Shown piece by piece: positions 38,836 through 48,000 of a DNA stretch of 64,000 nt (its first letter is position 1; every line of letters starts with the position of its first letter). The notes under the pieces are model-generated. The model saw only the letters and a program-made list of their open reading frames with translations. It did not search any database and was not told the DNA's origin. The DNA is from Cytophagales bacterium (lineage in GTDB: Bacteria > Bacteroidota > Bacteroidia > Cytophagales > UBA9547), in the NCBI GenBank assembly GCA_013297755.1, contig JAAFIH010000003.1, forward strand, positions 27,657 to 91,656. Direction: 5' to 3'. Position numbers and translations under genes: made by a program.

Positions 38836-39786
38836 TTGATACATTTTTTAAGAAAGTATAAGATTTTTTATTCAATTTATAATTTTTTTAACTATAAAAA
38901 GTTAAAATACAATATTGCAAATTATAAGAAATATGGCATAAAAAAACATTATTTTTCGTCTATTTCGAGCCTAGATTTTGTAAGTTTACCTCAAAATAGA
39001 ACAGATATATTTGAACTAAATCCTATACATTTAGAAACCAATGAATATTATAAAAATACTACGTTAGAAAATAAAATTAGTATTCAAAAATTTCAAGAAA
39101 ATGGCTATTCTTTGCTAAAATCTTACTTAACAATACCTCAAGTAACTGCAATAAACAATGAAATAGACGAACTTTTAAAATCTAAAAAAGTGAATTTTAG
39201 ATACAAAAATAAAATCATGTTTGCTATACATGCTTCCAAATTACTAAATTCAATTGGGCAAGACGAACAACTGCTGCATTTATTAACAATATTACTCAAC
39301 GGAAAAGTAAGTTTATTCCAAAGTATTAATTTTATCAATGGTAGCGAACAAGCCACACACTCTGATAGTATACACATGACAACATATCCTTTGGGTGGTC
39401 TAGTGGGTGTTTGGATAGCTTTAGATGACATTTTACCCACAAATGGGCCATTACATTATTACCCAAAAAGTCATAAACTGCCTTATTTTTTAAACAACAA
39501 CTATGATAATATGGGTACTACATTTGAAATAGGAAAAAAATCTTACACTGATTACGAAAATGAAATGCAAAAAATAATAAATGCCTCTGGTCTAAAAAAA
39601 GAAATTATTGAAGCCAAAAAGGGTGATATATTTCTGTGGCACGCCAACTTGCTACATGGTGGCGAACCACATACCGACAAAACAATTACACGAAAAAGTA
39701 TGGTTTTACATTATTTCAAAACTGATGCCATTTGTTACCATGAAGTTACTCAAAGACCAGCTTTACTTGAAAAAGGTCTGAATTAA
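38836..39786 (+). CDS. Phytanoyl-CoA dioxygenase (PhyH) family Fe(II)/2-oxoglutarate oxygenase
   Basis: ATHSDSIHMTTYP...WIALDDILPTNGPLHYYPKSHKLP...LWHANLLHGGEP...RKSMVLHY gives an HxD...H facial triad plus Arg. The start is TTG in the track. Confidence 0.7.
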   Translation: MIHFLRKYKIFYSIYNFFNYKKLKYNIANYKKYGIKKHYFSSISSLDFVSLPQNRTDIFELNPIHLETNEYYKNTTLENKISIQKFQENGYSLLKSYLTIPQVTAINNEIDELLKSKKVNFRYKNKIMFAIHASKLLNSIGQDEQLLHLLTILLNGKVSLFQSINFINGSEQATHSDSIHMTTYPLGGLVGVWIALDDILPTNGPLHYYPKSHKLPYFLNNNYDNMGTTFEIGKKSYTDYENEMQKIINASGLKKEIIEAKKGDIFLWHANLLHGGEPHTDKTITRKSMVLHYFKTDAICYHEVTQRPALLEKGLN

Positions 39787-39789
39787 TGT

Positions 39790-40245
39790 TTATTTTTTAG
39801 ATTTTTTTAGCAAATAATAAATAGCTACTCCACCATATTGTTTGAAATGTTTGTGTGTAGCAGCTACTAATTTTTTCTTATCATCTTTTAATAAACAAAT
39901 CTCAACGCCAGGCTCAGGCATAGTCAGTTTCCAACCTTTGAAATAACCTTTAGAAATTTTAATGGCATACACGTTTCCATTGACATCACATTTGGCAATT
40001 CTGGAAACGTTTTTAGTTTCTATCAAAGTACCAAAGGCATCTATATAAGCTATTTTCTCGTTTTTGGGGCTAAAAATATTTCCTTGATCGTCTAAAAGAC
40101 CTATTTTTGTTCCTTTTGCATTTAATATTTCTCCTTTTATATTGACAGATGGTACAGTAAGTTTTTTGTAATTAATATTTTGAGATTTAACAAATAAGCT
40201 ACTCATCAATATACATATTATTACTATTAATTTTGTTGATTTCAT
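39790..40245 (-). CDS. Secreted protein of unknown function (151 aa)
   Basis: Signal MKSTKLIVIICILMSSLFVKSQN. Internal G-x-I-x-x-x-G-x-x-IG-x-LD-x-x-GNI type repeats. Confidence 0.5.
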   Translation of the reverse strand: MKSTKLIVIICILMSSLFVKSQNINYKKLTVPSVNIKGEILNAKGTKIGLLDDQGNIFSPKNEKIAYIDAFGTLIETKNVSRIAKCDVNGNVYAIKISKGYFKGWKLTMPEPGVEICLLKDDKKKLVAATHKHFKQYGGVAIYYLLKKSKK

Positions 40246-40411
40246 AATTATATTTTTAATTTTTATTACTATACTTTTATTATTTATTACTCTATTTTTG
40301 ATTTAATATTAATAATTTACACTAATATATAAATTGTTTTGAAAATAAAAAAATATTAGTTTAATTTACAAATATTAATTTATACGTATATATTAAAATA
40401 ATAAAGACAAT

Positions 40412-41434
40412 TTGGCCTTAAAAATAATAAAATATATTTTTTTTGTTGTATTTATTACTCATGCTCAGTTTAATAAAGCAGCCAAACAAGCACCACACAC
40501 CATTGGTACATCTGGTAATTATGGTGTTGTAGCAGGCAACACCTATTCTTGGACTGTTGGAGAGGCTATTATTTTTACTGCCTCTGCCAGCAATCAATCT
40601 CTAACGCAAGGTTTTCATCAACCTATGATTTGTAAAATAAAACCAATGATTACATCTCTAAACGAAAGCTCTTGTGCGTTACCATACACCTTATCTACCA
40701 CTGGGATTTTCCATATTTATAGATGGTATCGTGGAAATACATATATTGCCAGTGAAAAAACAAATGTATATTTACCAGTAAGAAATGGTAATTATACAGT
40801 GTTGGTTGGCGATAGTACAGGATGCGTGCTTACTACAACTATGATTGGTGTTGATTTAAGTTCTAAAAATATAATTCCAAATATTACTATATCTGGGGTT
40901 TCTGTTTCAGAGGATACACTTCTTGGTACATCAAAATTTGCCTCTTATCAATGGTATGTGATAGCCGCAGATGGTGTGCATAGAGCCATAGATGGTGCAA
41001 CTCAGCAAAGCTATAGACCTTATTTTAGAGGAACATATTATGTTAAAATAAATACAACAGATCAGTGTGTGTCTTATTCTAGCCCATACACTCTACAAAA
41101 TCCAAGTTTTAAACCTCTCAATCGCTTTGTTTTCAAACAAACAGACGATACAATAGACCTAAAATCATATAGAGAAATTGTAGAATATAGTATGTCAGTT
41201 TACCCTATTCCTGCAACAACAAATTATACTTTAGAATTAGAATCACCACAACAAAATATAGTAAATATTACTTTATATAATGCTGCAGGCCAGGTTGTAT
41301 CTAGCCAAAATATTAAAAATGATTATGGACGATTATTACTAAATTATAAAAGAGATGATTTGGCAGCTGGTAAATATATTTTATCTGTAAAAGATGGTAA
41401 TCAAAGTCATACTAAATCGTTATTATTTGAATAA
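40412..41434 (+). CDS. T9SS-secreted protein of unknown function
   Basis: Signal ending ITHAQ. Two Y(R/Q)WY-containing Ig-like modules. C-terminal MSVYPIPATTNYTLELES...GKYILSVKDGNQSHTKSLLFE resembles a type A T9SS CTD. TTG start in the track. Confidence 0.65.
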   Translation: MALKIIKYIFFVVFITHAQFNKAAKQAPHTIGTSGNYGVVAGNTYSWTVGEAIIFTASASNQSLTQGFHQPMICKIKPMITSLNESSCALPYTLSTTGIFHIYRWYRGNTYIASEKTNVYLPVRNGNYTVLVGDSTGCVLTTTMIGVDLSSKNIIPNITISGVSVSEDTLLGTSKFASYQWYVIAADGVHRAIDGATQQSYRPYFRGTYYVKINTTDQCVSYSSPYTLQNPSFKPLNRFVFKQTDDTIDLKSYREIVEYSMSVYPIPATTNYTLELESPQQNIVNITLYNAAGQVVSSQNIKNDYGRLLLNYKRDDLAAGKYILSVKDGNQSHTKSLLFE

Positions 41435-42454
41435 GTGAAAAATTTAATATCTTTTTTTTGGGTTTTATTATTACTTTTTTTGCAATCATCTTGTGGCGAA
41501 AAGCCCTCAACTCCTGATAAATGTGATATAGAATTAACAATTACAGATGCTAATGGAAATCCAGTATTAGGTATAGGAAATGGTATTTATATGTTGCAAA
41601 ACGAAGCTGATTATGAAGAAGCATTTTTGCTAAGAAGCTCCAATAAATCAGTTATTACTTCAAACTCTATCATTGAAAAAGGAAACGGAGTATATACATT
41701 TTCGGTAGCCAACCCAAGAGATGCTTCGCCATTTTCTTACTATTTATATGTTTATAAATTTGATAATTCAAACAATATTAATTTTAGTAATTTTGCTTTG
41801 AATGGAGCTATCCGAAAATTGCCCACCAGAGCTAGAGTATATATGAAAACAAAAATTATTCCAGACGATGGAAACTTAGTATTTTACTCTTCCTCGCCAA
41901 ACTTAATGCCAATTTCAATCATAGTTACAAGTTTGGACAATCCAAGCCAAAGTGTTCAATCAAAAACAATTACTCAAGTTTTTACAGCAACAGGAACTCC
42001 AAATTTTATAGACAATATAAGTTCTGCTTGGTTTAATTATGATCCTGGCAAATATGCATATTATGCCAAAAGTAGCGATGGTTGTGTATGGCAAGGTGCA
42101 GTGGTTTTATCAAAGGGTGTAGGTTCGCCAGTATCTTTGAGTAAATGCCCTAATGGTAAGATTTCTTTTTTTACTGAAAATTTTAATGACAATGTATTAC
42201 CTTTAACCATAACCATAAATGGACAAAATGTGAGTAATTTTTATGTAAAAACTATAACTTCTTTTGTCAATAACAATCTCACTGGAAACGATTGCAACCA
42301 ACTAACTAATCCAAATATTGCTACTTTTATACAAAATGAAGGATTATACAATTATTTTGTTGAATCTCAAAACAATAGCTGCGGATGGACAGGTTCAATT
42401 CAATTAACACAAGATGTGTGTACTTTTATTGGACTTAGTGATTGTAATAATTAA
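41435..42454 (+). CDS. Lipoprotein of unknown function
   Basis: GTG start directly after the upstream stop. Lipobox LQSSCGEK. Two Cys-containing modules (YAYYAKSSDGCVWQGAVVL and YNYFVESQNNSCGWTGSIQL). Confidence 0.55.
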   Translation: MKNLISFFWVLLLLFLQSSCGEKPSTPDKCDIELTITDANGNPVLGIGNGIYMLQNEADYEEAFLLRSSNKSVITSNSIIEKGNGVYTFSVANPRDASPFSYYLYVYKFDNSNNINFSNFALNGAIRKLPTRARVYMKTKIIPDDGNLVFYSSSPNLMPISIIVTSLDNPSQSVQSKTITQVFTATGTPNFIDNISSAWFNYDPGKYAYYAKSSDGCVWQGAVVLSKGVGSPVSLSKCPNGKISFFTENFNDNVLPLTITINGQNVSNFYVKTITSFVNNNLTGNDCNQLTNPNIATFIQNEGLYNYFVESQNNSCGWTGSIQLTQDVCTFIGLSDCNN

Positions 42455-42493
42455 AATAAATTAAAATAAAATTGTTTAAATTCTATACCTATC

Positions 42494-42515
42494 AATCAAA
42501 TTGTAACATTTGATT
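42494..42515. terminator. Weak AT-rich hairpin between convergent genes
   Basis: AATCAAAT (42494-42501) pairs with ATTTGATT (42508-42515), 6-nt loop. Confidence 0.35.
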
Positions 42516-42517
42516 AA

Positions 42518-43546
42518 TTACTCTATCATTATTTTACTATCAGTTAAAGTATTAAAAAATGCTTTGATATTTTTTATATCATCATCAGTGAGTTTTATTT
42601 TGTTTTTTAGTCTAATATCAAGCGTTTGGCTGTTTTTGATATTGTTTTGATAATGATTAAAAACGCTATCAAGATGACCAAAACGTCCATCGTGCATATA
42701 TGGAGCAGTCAGATTTATATTTCTTAGTGAAGGAGTTTTATATTTACCTTTGTCAGCTTCTAAAAGAGTAACTCTATATCTCCCTTGAAAAGTACCCTCA
42801 AAGCTATCGTCAGAGAAATCAGCATCCAATCCATTGTTGTGATATTCAAAATCAGTAAGAAAAGGCTCTTTATGGCAAGTTTCGCAATGGATTTTAAAAA
42901 TTTTATATCCTTGCTTTTCTTGAATTGAAAAGATGGAACTGTCTTTTGTTTTTAAAAATGAATCATACAATGTACTACTAGAAATTAAACTTCTTTGAAA
43001 TTGAGAGAGTGCATAAGCAATTTTTTGGCTAGAAATTGTGTCTTTAGGAAATGCTTTTTTAAAAAGCATAACATAATCAGGTATTGTTTTTAGCTGTTGC
43101 ACCAAAGTAATCAGGTTTTTATTTTGTTCGTCTGGGTGTGTGATAGGCCCAAAGGCTTGTGATTCGAGGTCTACAGCGCCTCCATCCCAAAAAAAACCAT
43201 TGTGCCAAGCTAAATTAAACAATGTTGGCGTATGCCTATGAAGCATTTTTTGACTCACTCCTTTGGTAGAAAATATGGTACTGGGCTCTGCAAAAGCTAC
43301 ATCTGGTATGTGGCAAGTTGCACAAGAAACTTTGTTGTTGGAAGATAATATTGGGTCGAAAAACAATTTTCGACCCAAAGCTACACCATCTTTTGTGGCT
43401 GAATTAAAACTAGGCTGAGGCAGATTACCGTAATAGTCAGGAACTTTTATCTGAAAAGTTTCTGTAACTTTAGGAGTAACCATTTCAGCAGGTTTTTCAT
43501 TACAACTTACTAATAAAAATAATAAAATAATCAGATATTTTACCAA
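42518..43546 (-). CDS. Di-haem cytochrome c peroxidase family protein (bCcP/MauG/MbnH-like)
   Basis: Two CxxCH haem motifs (CATCHIPDVAF and CETCHKEPF), plus HNGFFWDGG and PSLRNI..TAPYMHDG, typical of the CCP/MauG family. Signal/lipobox LLVSCNEK. Confidence 0.85.
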   Translation of the reverse strand: MVKYLIILLFLLVSCNEKPAEMVTPKVTETFQIKVPDYYGNLPQPSFNSATKDGVALGRKLFFDPILSSNNKVSCATCHIPDVAFAEPSTIFSTKGVSQKMLHRHTPTLFNLAWHNGFFWDGGAVDLESQAFGPITHPDEQNKNLITLVQQLKTIPDYVMLFKKAFPKDTISSQKIAYALSQFQRSLISSSTLYDSFLKTKDSSIFSIQEKQGYKIFKIHCETCHKEPFLTDFEYHNNGLDADFSDDSFEGTFQGRYRVTLLEADKGKYKTPSLRNINLTAPYMHDGRFGHLDSVFNHYQNNIKNSQTLDIRLKNKIKLTDDDIKNIKAFFNTLTDSKIMIE

Positions 43547-43559
43547 ATGTACTATTGAT

Positions 43560-44369
43560 TTAGTAAGTTATGTTAGTAAGACTAAACATTCCAAGAGCAT
43601 AATTTCCTGCAATAGAAGTAGCATTTAAGCCCCCCATTACTGTACCAGGCACAGTAGAGCTTCCTTTACGAGAAATAACAAATTGACCAGAAAAAGCCTT
43701 TGAAACATCTGCTTTCAGGTTGATATTTGCTACACTTCCTTTTGATACAGACAATCCACCATTGGGAAGTTGCATAGAAATAGTTTTGTAAGTTTCGTTT
43801 CGCCCAATATGAAACACAATACCAGAGGTCATGGTAGAATTAAATACATACTTACCTTCGATGACAAGAAATTTATATCCACTTACCCAATTCCAAACCA
43901 TTCTTGAGTTTGGGTCTAATTCGCCCTGTTTGGCAGTAGTAGCGTTGGCAGCATTATCTACGCCAATACCAAACAACAAATGAGTATATCTCCCATCTGG
44001 AATATCAGCAAAAACAACGCCATTGGGCTTGAGAGAAGTGTTATTTTCGTAACCAAACAAGTAATAACTATTTGGAACTTTGTAAAAAGCACCAGTAATA
44101 GAATTCATAAATATAACATTAGAAATATAGTATTTAAAAGTTTCTATTTTAATGGAATCCATGTTTGCAGTTGTAAATAAATGCTGCTCGCCATCGTGGC
44201 TGTGTAGCTCGTCTACCCCATCGCCTGTATTGGTAATATTGAAATTGACAATTCCCGAAACTGTAACTGGAGCAGGTGGCATTGGAGTTGGTAAATTTGT
44301 GGTTTTTATTTCTTTAGCACAAGAAAAAAGACCTAAGGTAAGAATAATTATAATTGAAAATGATTTCAT
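43560..44369 (-). CDS. MbnP-like lipoprotein (partner of the di-haem peroxidase)
   Basis: Start set at MKSFSIIIILTLGLFSCAKE (M29 of the track ORF). Contains IKIETFKYYISNV, LLFGIGVD and MVWNWVSGYKFLVIEGKY, which I recall as the MbnP-family W-x-W-x-x-GYKF...EG signature. Thirteen nt upstream of the peroxidase gene. Confidence 0.55.
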   Translation of the reverse strand: MKSFSIIIILTLGLFSCAKEIKTTNLPTPMPPAPVTVSGIVNFNITNTGDGVDELHSHDGEQHLFTTANMDSIKIETFKYYISNVIFMNSITGAFYKVPNSYYLFGYENNTSLKPNGVVFADIPDGRYTHLLFGIGVDNAANATTAKQGELDPNSRMVWNWVSGYKFLVIEGKYVFNSTMTSGIVFHIGRNETYKTISMQLPNGGLSVSKGSVANINLKADVSKAFSGQFVISRKGSSTVPGTVMGGLNATSIAGNYALGMFSLTNITY

Positions 44370-44405
44370 TTTTTTTTGATTTTTAAGATAGTTAAAGAAA
44401 ATAAG

Positions 44406-44520
44406 GGAACTTCTAAAAACCCCAAATTTATTTTCAAAACCCTCCCAAACCAATTTCTGTTTCTATGTTACAGAAACCAAGAGGGAGGGCTTCGTAGGAA
44501 TTGAGATTTTTAGTAGTTCC
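44406..44520. repeat. Family-2 nested-hairpin element (copy 2, 115 bp) flanked by AATAAG direct repeats
   Basis: Three stems: GGAACTTCTAAAAA (44406-19) pairs with TTTTTAGTAGTTCC (44507-20), one mismatch; CCCTCCC (44440-46) with GGGAGGG (44483-89); TTTCTGT (44454-60) with ACAGAAA (44470-76). AATAAG at 44400-05 and 44521-26. A degenerate left-half copy lies at 44579-44613. Confidence 0.6.
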
Positions 44521-44714
44521 AATAAGAATATGGTCTTACAAATAAAACATTGTTTGTTTGTAAAATAATTTTGAAAAAGAGTTTCTAAAAACCTTATTTT
44601 TATAATAAAACCCATGCTTAATCATATAAAAATGAATGAGGAGGAGTAATAAATATTTATAAATTCTCTAAATAGTAATAGATATTTAATAAAAATATTG
44701 ATTTCTAGAAAAAC

Positions 44715-45077
44715 TCAAAAAAGTTGAGGTGGTTTTTCTGAAACCAGAATAAAAGATTTTAGAATAGAAGAAATAAATCGTATTTGAGTTTTGGGTATAA
44801 AAAGTACATTTTTTGAAATATTAAAATCTACAAATTGTAAAATATAAATAGAAGAAATTTCGATAGAAAATAGTTTTGATGAATTAGAACTTGTATTTTT
44901 TTTGATGATTTTATTCAAATGGCATTTCCCATTACACTTTAGTATAGGTTTTGATTTGTTTACACAAAAATTTTGAGTAAAATAATTAACATTTGTCTGG
45001 TAAGCTATATTAATTATAGAAATTGAAGTAATGTTTACGGCAATTAAAAAAATTAATAAGATAGAAATGGCTTTCAT
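44715..45077 (-). CDS. Small membrane-anchored protein with CVNKSKPILKCNGKCHL cysteine motif (120 aa)
   Basis: N-terminal TM helix and a C-x10-C-x3-C-H motif. Starts 21 nt after the stop of the giant T9SS gene. Confidence 0.5.
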   Translation of the reverse strand: MKAISILLIFLIAVNITSISIINIAYQTNVNYFTQNFCVNKSKPILKCNGKCHLNKIIKKNTSSNSSKLFSIEISSIYILQFVDFNISKNVLFIPKTQIRFISSILKSFILVSEKPPQLF

Positions 45078-45098
45078 TTGGTTTACAAAAATACCATT

Positions 45099-48000
45099 TT
45101 ATTTTGAAATGACTAATTTTTTTATTGTTTTGCCAATTTTTAAAATATAGATTCCATCAACAACACTACTGATATTCAAAGTATGAATCTGCAAATTAGG
45201 GTCTAAATAGCCATTTTTAATTTCTTTTCCTATGCTATCGTATAGTTGCCAAAGCGTATTTTGAGTTAGTTTTGGATATATAATATTGACTTCGTTTGCA
45301 GCAGGATTTGGATAAATAGTTATGTTTTCTATAAAGTCATTTTCTGGATTGTAAACACCCAAAGGCAATGCTAAATTGCTTTGGCTTGGCCCATAATAGG
45401 CTGATTGTAATACTGCTTTTGTATTTCTATCTTGTATAAAAAGTACAACTCCCAGGCTGTCTTTGTAATAAATGTCTGTATTATTTCCATAATTCCAATT
45501 AAGATTCAAAGTTTTAGTTTCGCCTTTGTTCCAAGCACCAAAAAAGCTAGTCCCAGCACCAGAAGGAAGCATTTTTCTGATGACATTATAGTAATTTTTT
45601 GGCAATCCACCTACATTTTTTATTGATTTTTCAATCACAACCACTTGAGCAATAAGTTCTGTTGATGAAGGTATATTTTCGGTAGCTTCAAACATAGCAT
45701 TTATTACTAAATTGTTATTGAAATTTGATTTATTGGCTCTAATAATGAAAGTGGGACTAATCAAAGACTTGTCTTTTATAGAATTTAAACCAATAGAAGT
45801 TGAATTTCCAACGACCATTTCTCCGTCTAACGCACTTCTTGGCACAGTTTCTACCCCATAAAACAAAACTCTTGTACTAGGATCAGATGGATTTGCTGCA
45901 TTAAAAATATCATTGGCTGGTGAACTTGTATGATAGTTTATACCCACTACATCGTCTCGATTGTTTAAGATAAAATTATCTAAAGTATTAGATTGTGCAT
46001 TATTAGAAGCAATGCTTTGGGTATTTACAAAATTTTCGAGTAAAACTGATTTTGTTCTAGACCCAATCCAAAAGTTATCTATTGCAAATCCATCTGCCTG
46101 AACAGCACCAGCAGAGGCAAATGCAACTCTAAATCTTACTTTTTGATTTTTTCCTAAGGTTTGTCTTGATGGTTCGTCTAAAGTATTTCTTGATGTTTTC
46201 CAACCAAATGAATTTCCATTCCAACCCATCTGACGAGCATATATACCTGTTACTGGAGCAGAAACTGGATTATTTAAAATATCTGTCAAAAAGCTATTTT
46301 GGTCGCCTGGATCATTGACAATGTTTCGTGAGTTATACCAATTGATGCCAGTTCTGATGTCGTTGAGGGGTTGCCAAACAGTGCCTCCGTTTGTAGAAAA
46401 CTGAAGCACAGCTCCATCTATGGCACTATTTGTTTTATAATTGGCATCAAATCTTATCATTGGTCTTGGCAAAGAATCCAAATTAAAACATGGTGAATTT
46501 AAAAACGATCGTTCGTTGGGTGCATGATTTCCATAGATATTTGTAGCCCAATAATTTTCTCCAGTGATTGTATTTTGCCCCCATTCCCATGTACTTGATT
46601 TGCCATCGGTAAACCATAATGCTTGATTGTTGTCAAAATTTTGGTCGTAAGGGTATTTTTTTATGGTTGGTAAAATATGGACGATACTTGTAATGGTCGA
46701 AACACAATTTTCTTTTGTTCTAGCCATCAATGACACTGGTATAGAGGTTGCATTGTTTGAAAATATTTTAAAAGTTTTGCCAAAAGAATTGTATCCACGT
46801 GATGGGTATGTGTTTGAAAATTGCCAAATTAGGGTATCAAGAGTGCCACTACCTATTGCTATGCTTGATTTGTCAAAAAATTGTGTAGAATCACCTTCGC
46901 AAATGTTCTTCCAATCAAAATCGACTAATGGGTAGGCATCTATAATAGAATCAACTTCAATAGAACTAGTGCAACCGAAACCAGATTCTTTTGCTTCATA
47001 GTAAAAATTGTGTAATCCTGGATTGAAATTAACAATAGTATCTTTTGATTTTGTTGGTTTTTGGTTATCAATAATCCATTCATAACTATTGATAGAAATG
47101 CCAGATTTTGGAACTATTGTACTAAGACCTGCGATACTAACATTGCCAACACAATGAGATGACATTTTGAATTTTACTTTTGGACTTGGATATACTGTAA
47201 TTGTTTTTTTGGTAAAATTAAAACAACCATTTATATCTGTATAGGTATATTTAATTGAAACTGTATCTATTTGATTGCTATTTGTGATTACATCTGCTGG
47301 GAAAAACTCGTTTCCTACGACTCCAATTCTTGTTGTAGCAAACGAACCTGCATTTTCGCCTATCATTATAATTTTATCATCGCCACTACAAACGGTATCT
47401 TGGGTTTGAGTAAAGTTATCTTTAAATGTAAAATTATTTATTGTTTTGGCATAAACATTTACTGGTTTAGTTACTTCATTGCTACAATTATTATTGTCTG
47501 TTACAATATAAGATAAATCGTAAGATTGAGTAGATAACACATCTTTGGCTGATGGGTTAAAAATGGCCTTTGTATTGATACCAGCAAGTGTTGAAAGCAT
47601 ACCAGAAGGAACAGTAAAAGGGAATAATGTGGCTTCAATTGTATATTTAGAACTCATTAAACTTGCATTGGTAAAACCAGAAAAAGTTACAGGTGTGTCA
47701 TATTCACAATAATTAAAATTAATTCCATTCAATGTAATTGTAGGTAAAGCAAATACAGTTACAGTAATAACAGACGACAAACCTTTACAATTTTTGAAAC
47801 TATCGCTTACCTTATAAAAATAAGATCTTGGAACGGCTAAATTTAAGTTATTGATGCTAATTTTAGGTTGAAACGAATCTTGGTTGTTGTTGTCGATCCA
47901 AAAAAAGCTTTGTGCAGCACCATTGATACCAGAGGCAGTAAGGCTTGGCAAAGTTGATATTTTAGGATTTTCGACACATAATTTAACCAAACTAGATGTT

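Noticed and set aside
44370-44453. 28-codon N-terminal extension of the MbnP-like ORF (track start 44453)
   Set aside because: The extension (MVWEGFENKFGVFRSSLIFFNYLKNQKK) is translated from the family-2 repeat element. A canonical lipoprotein signal begins at M29 (44369).
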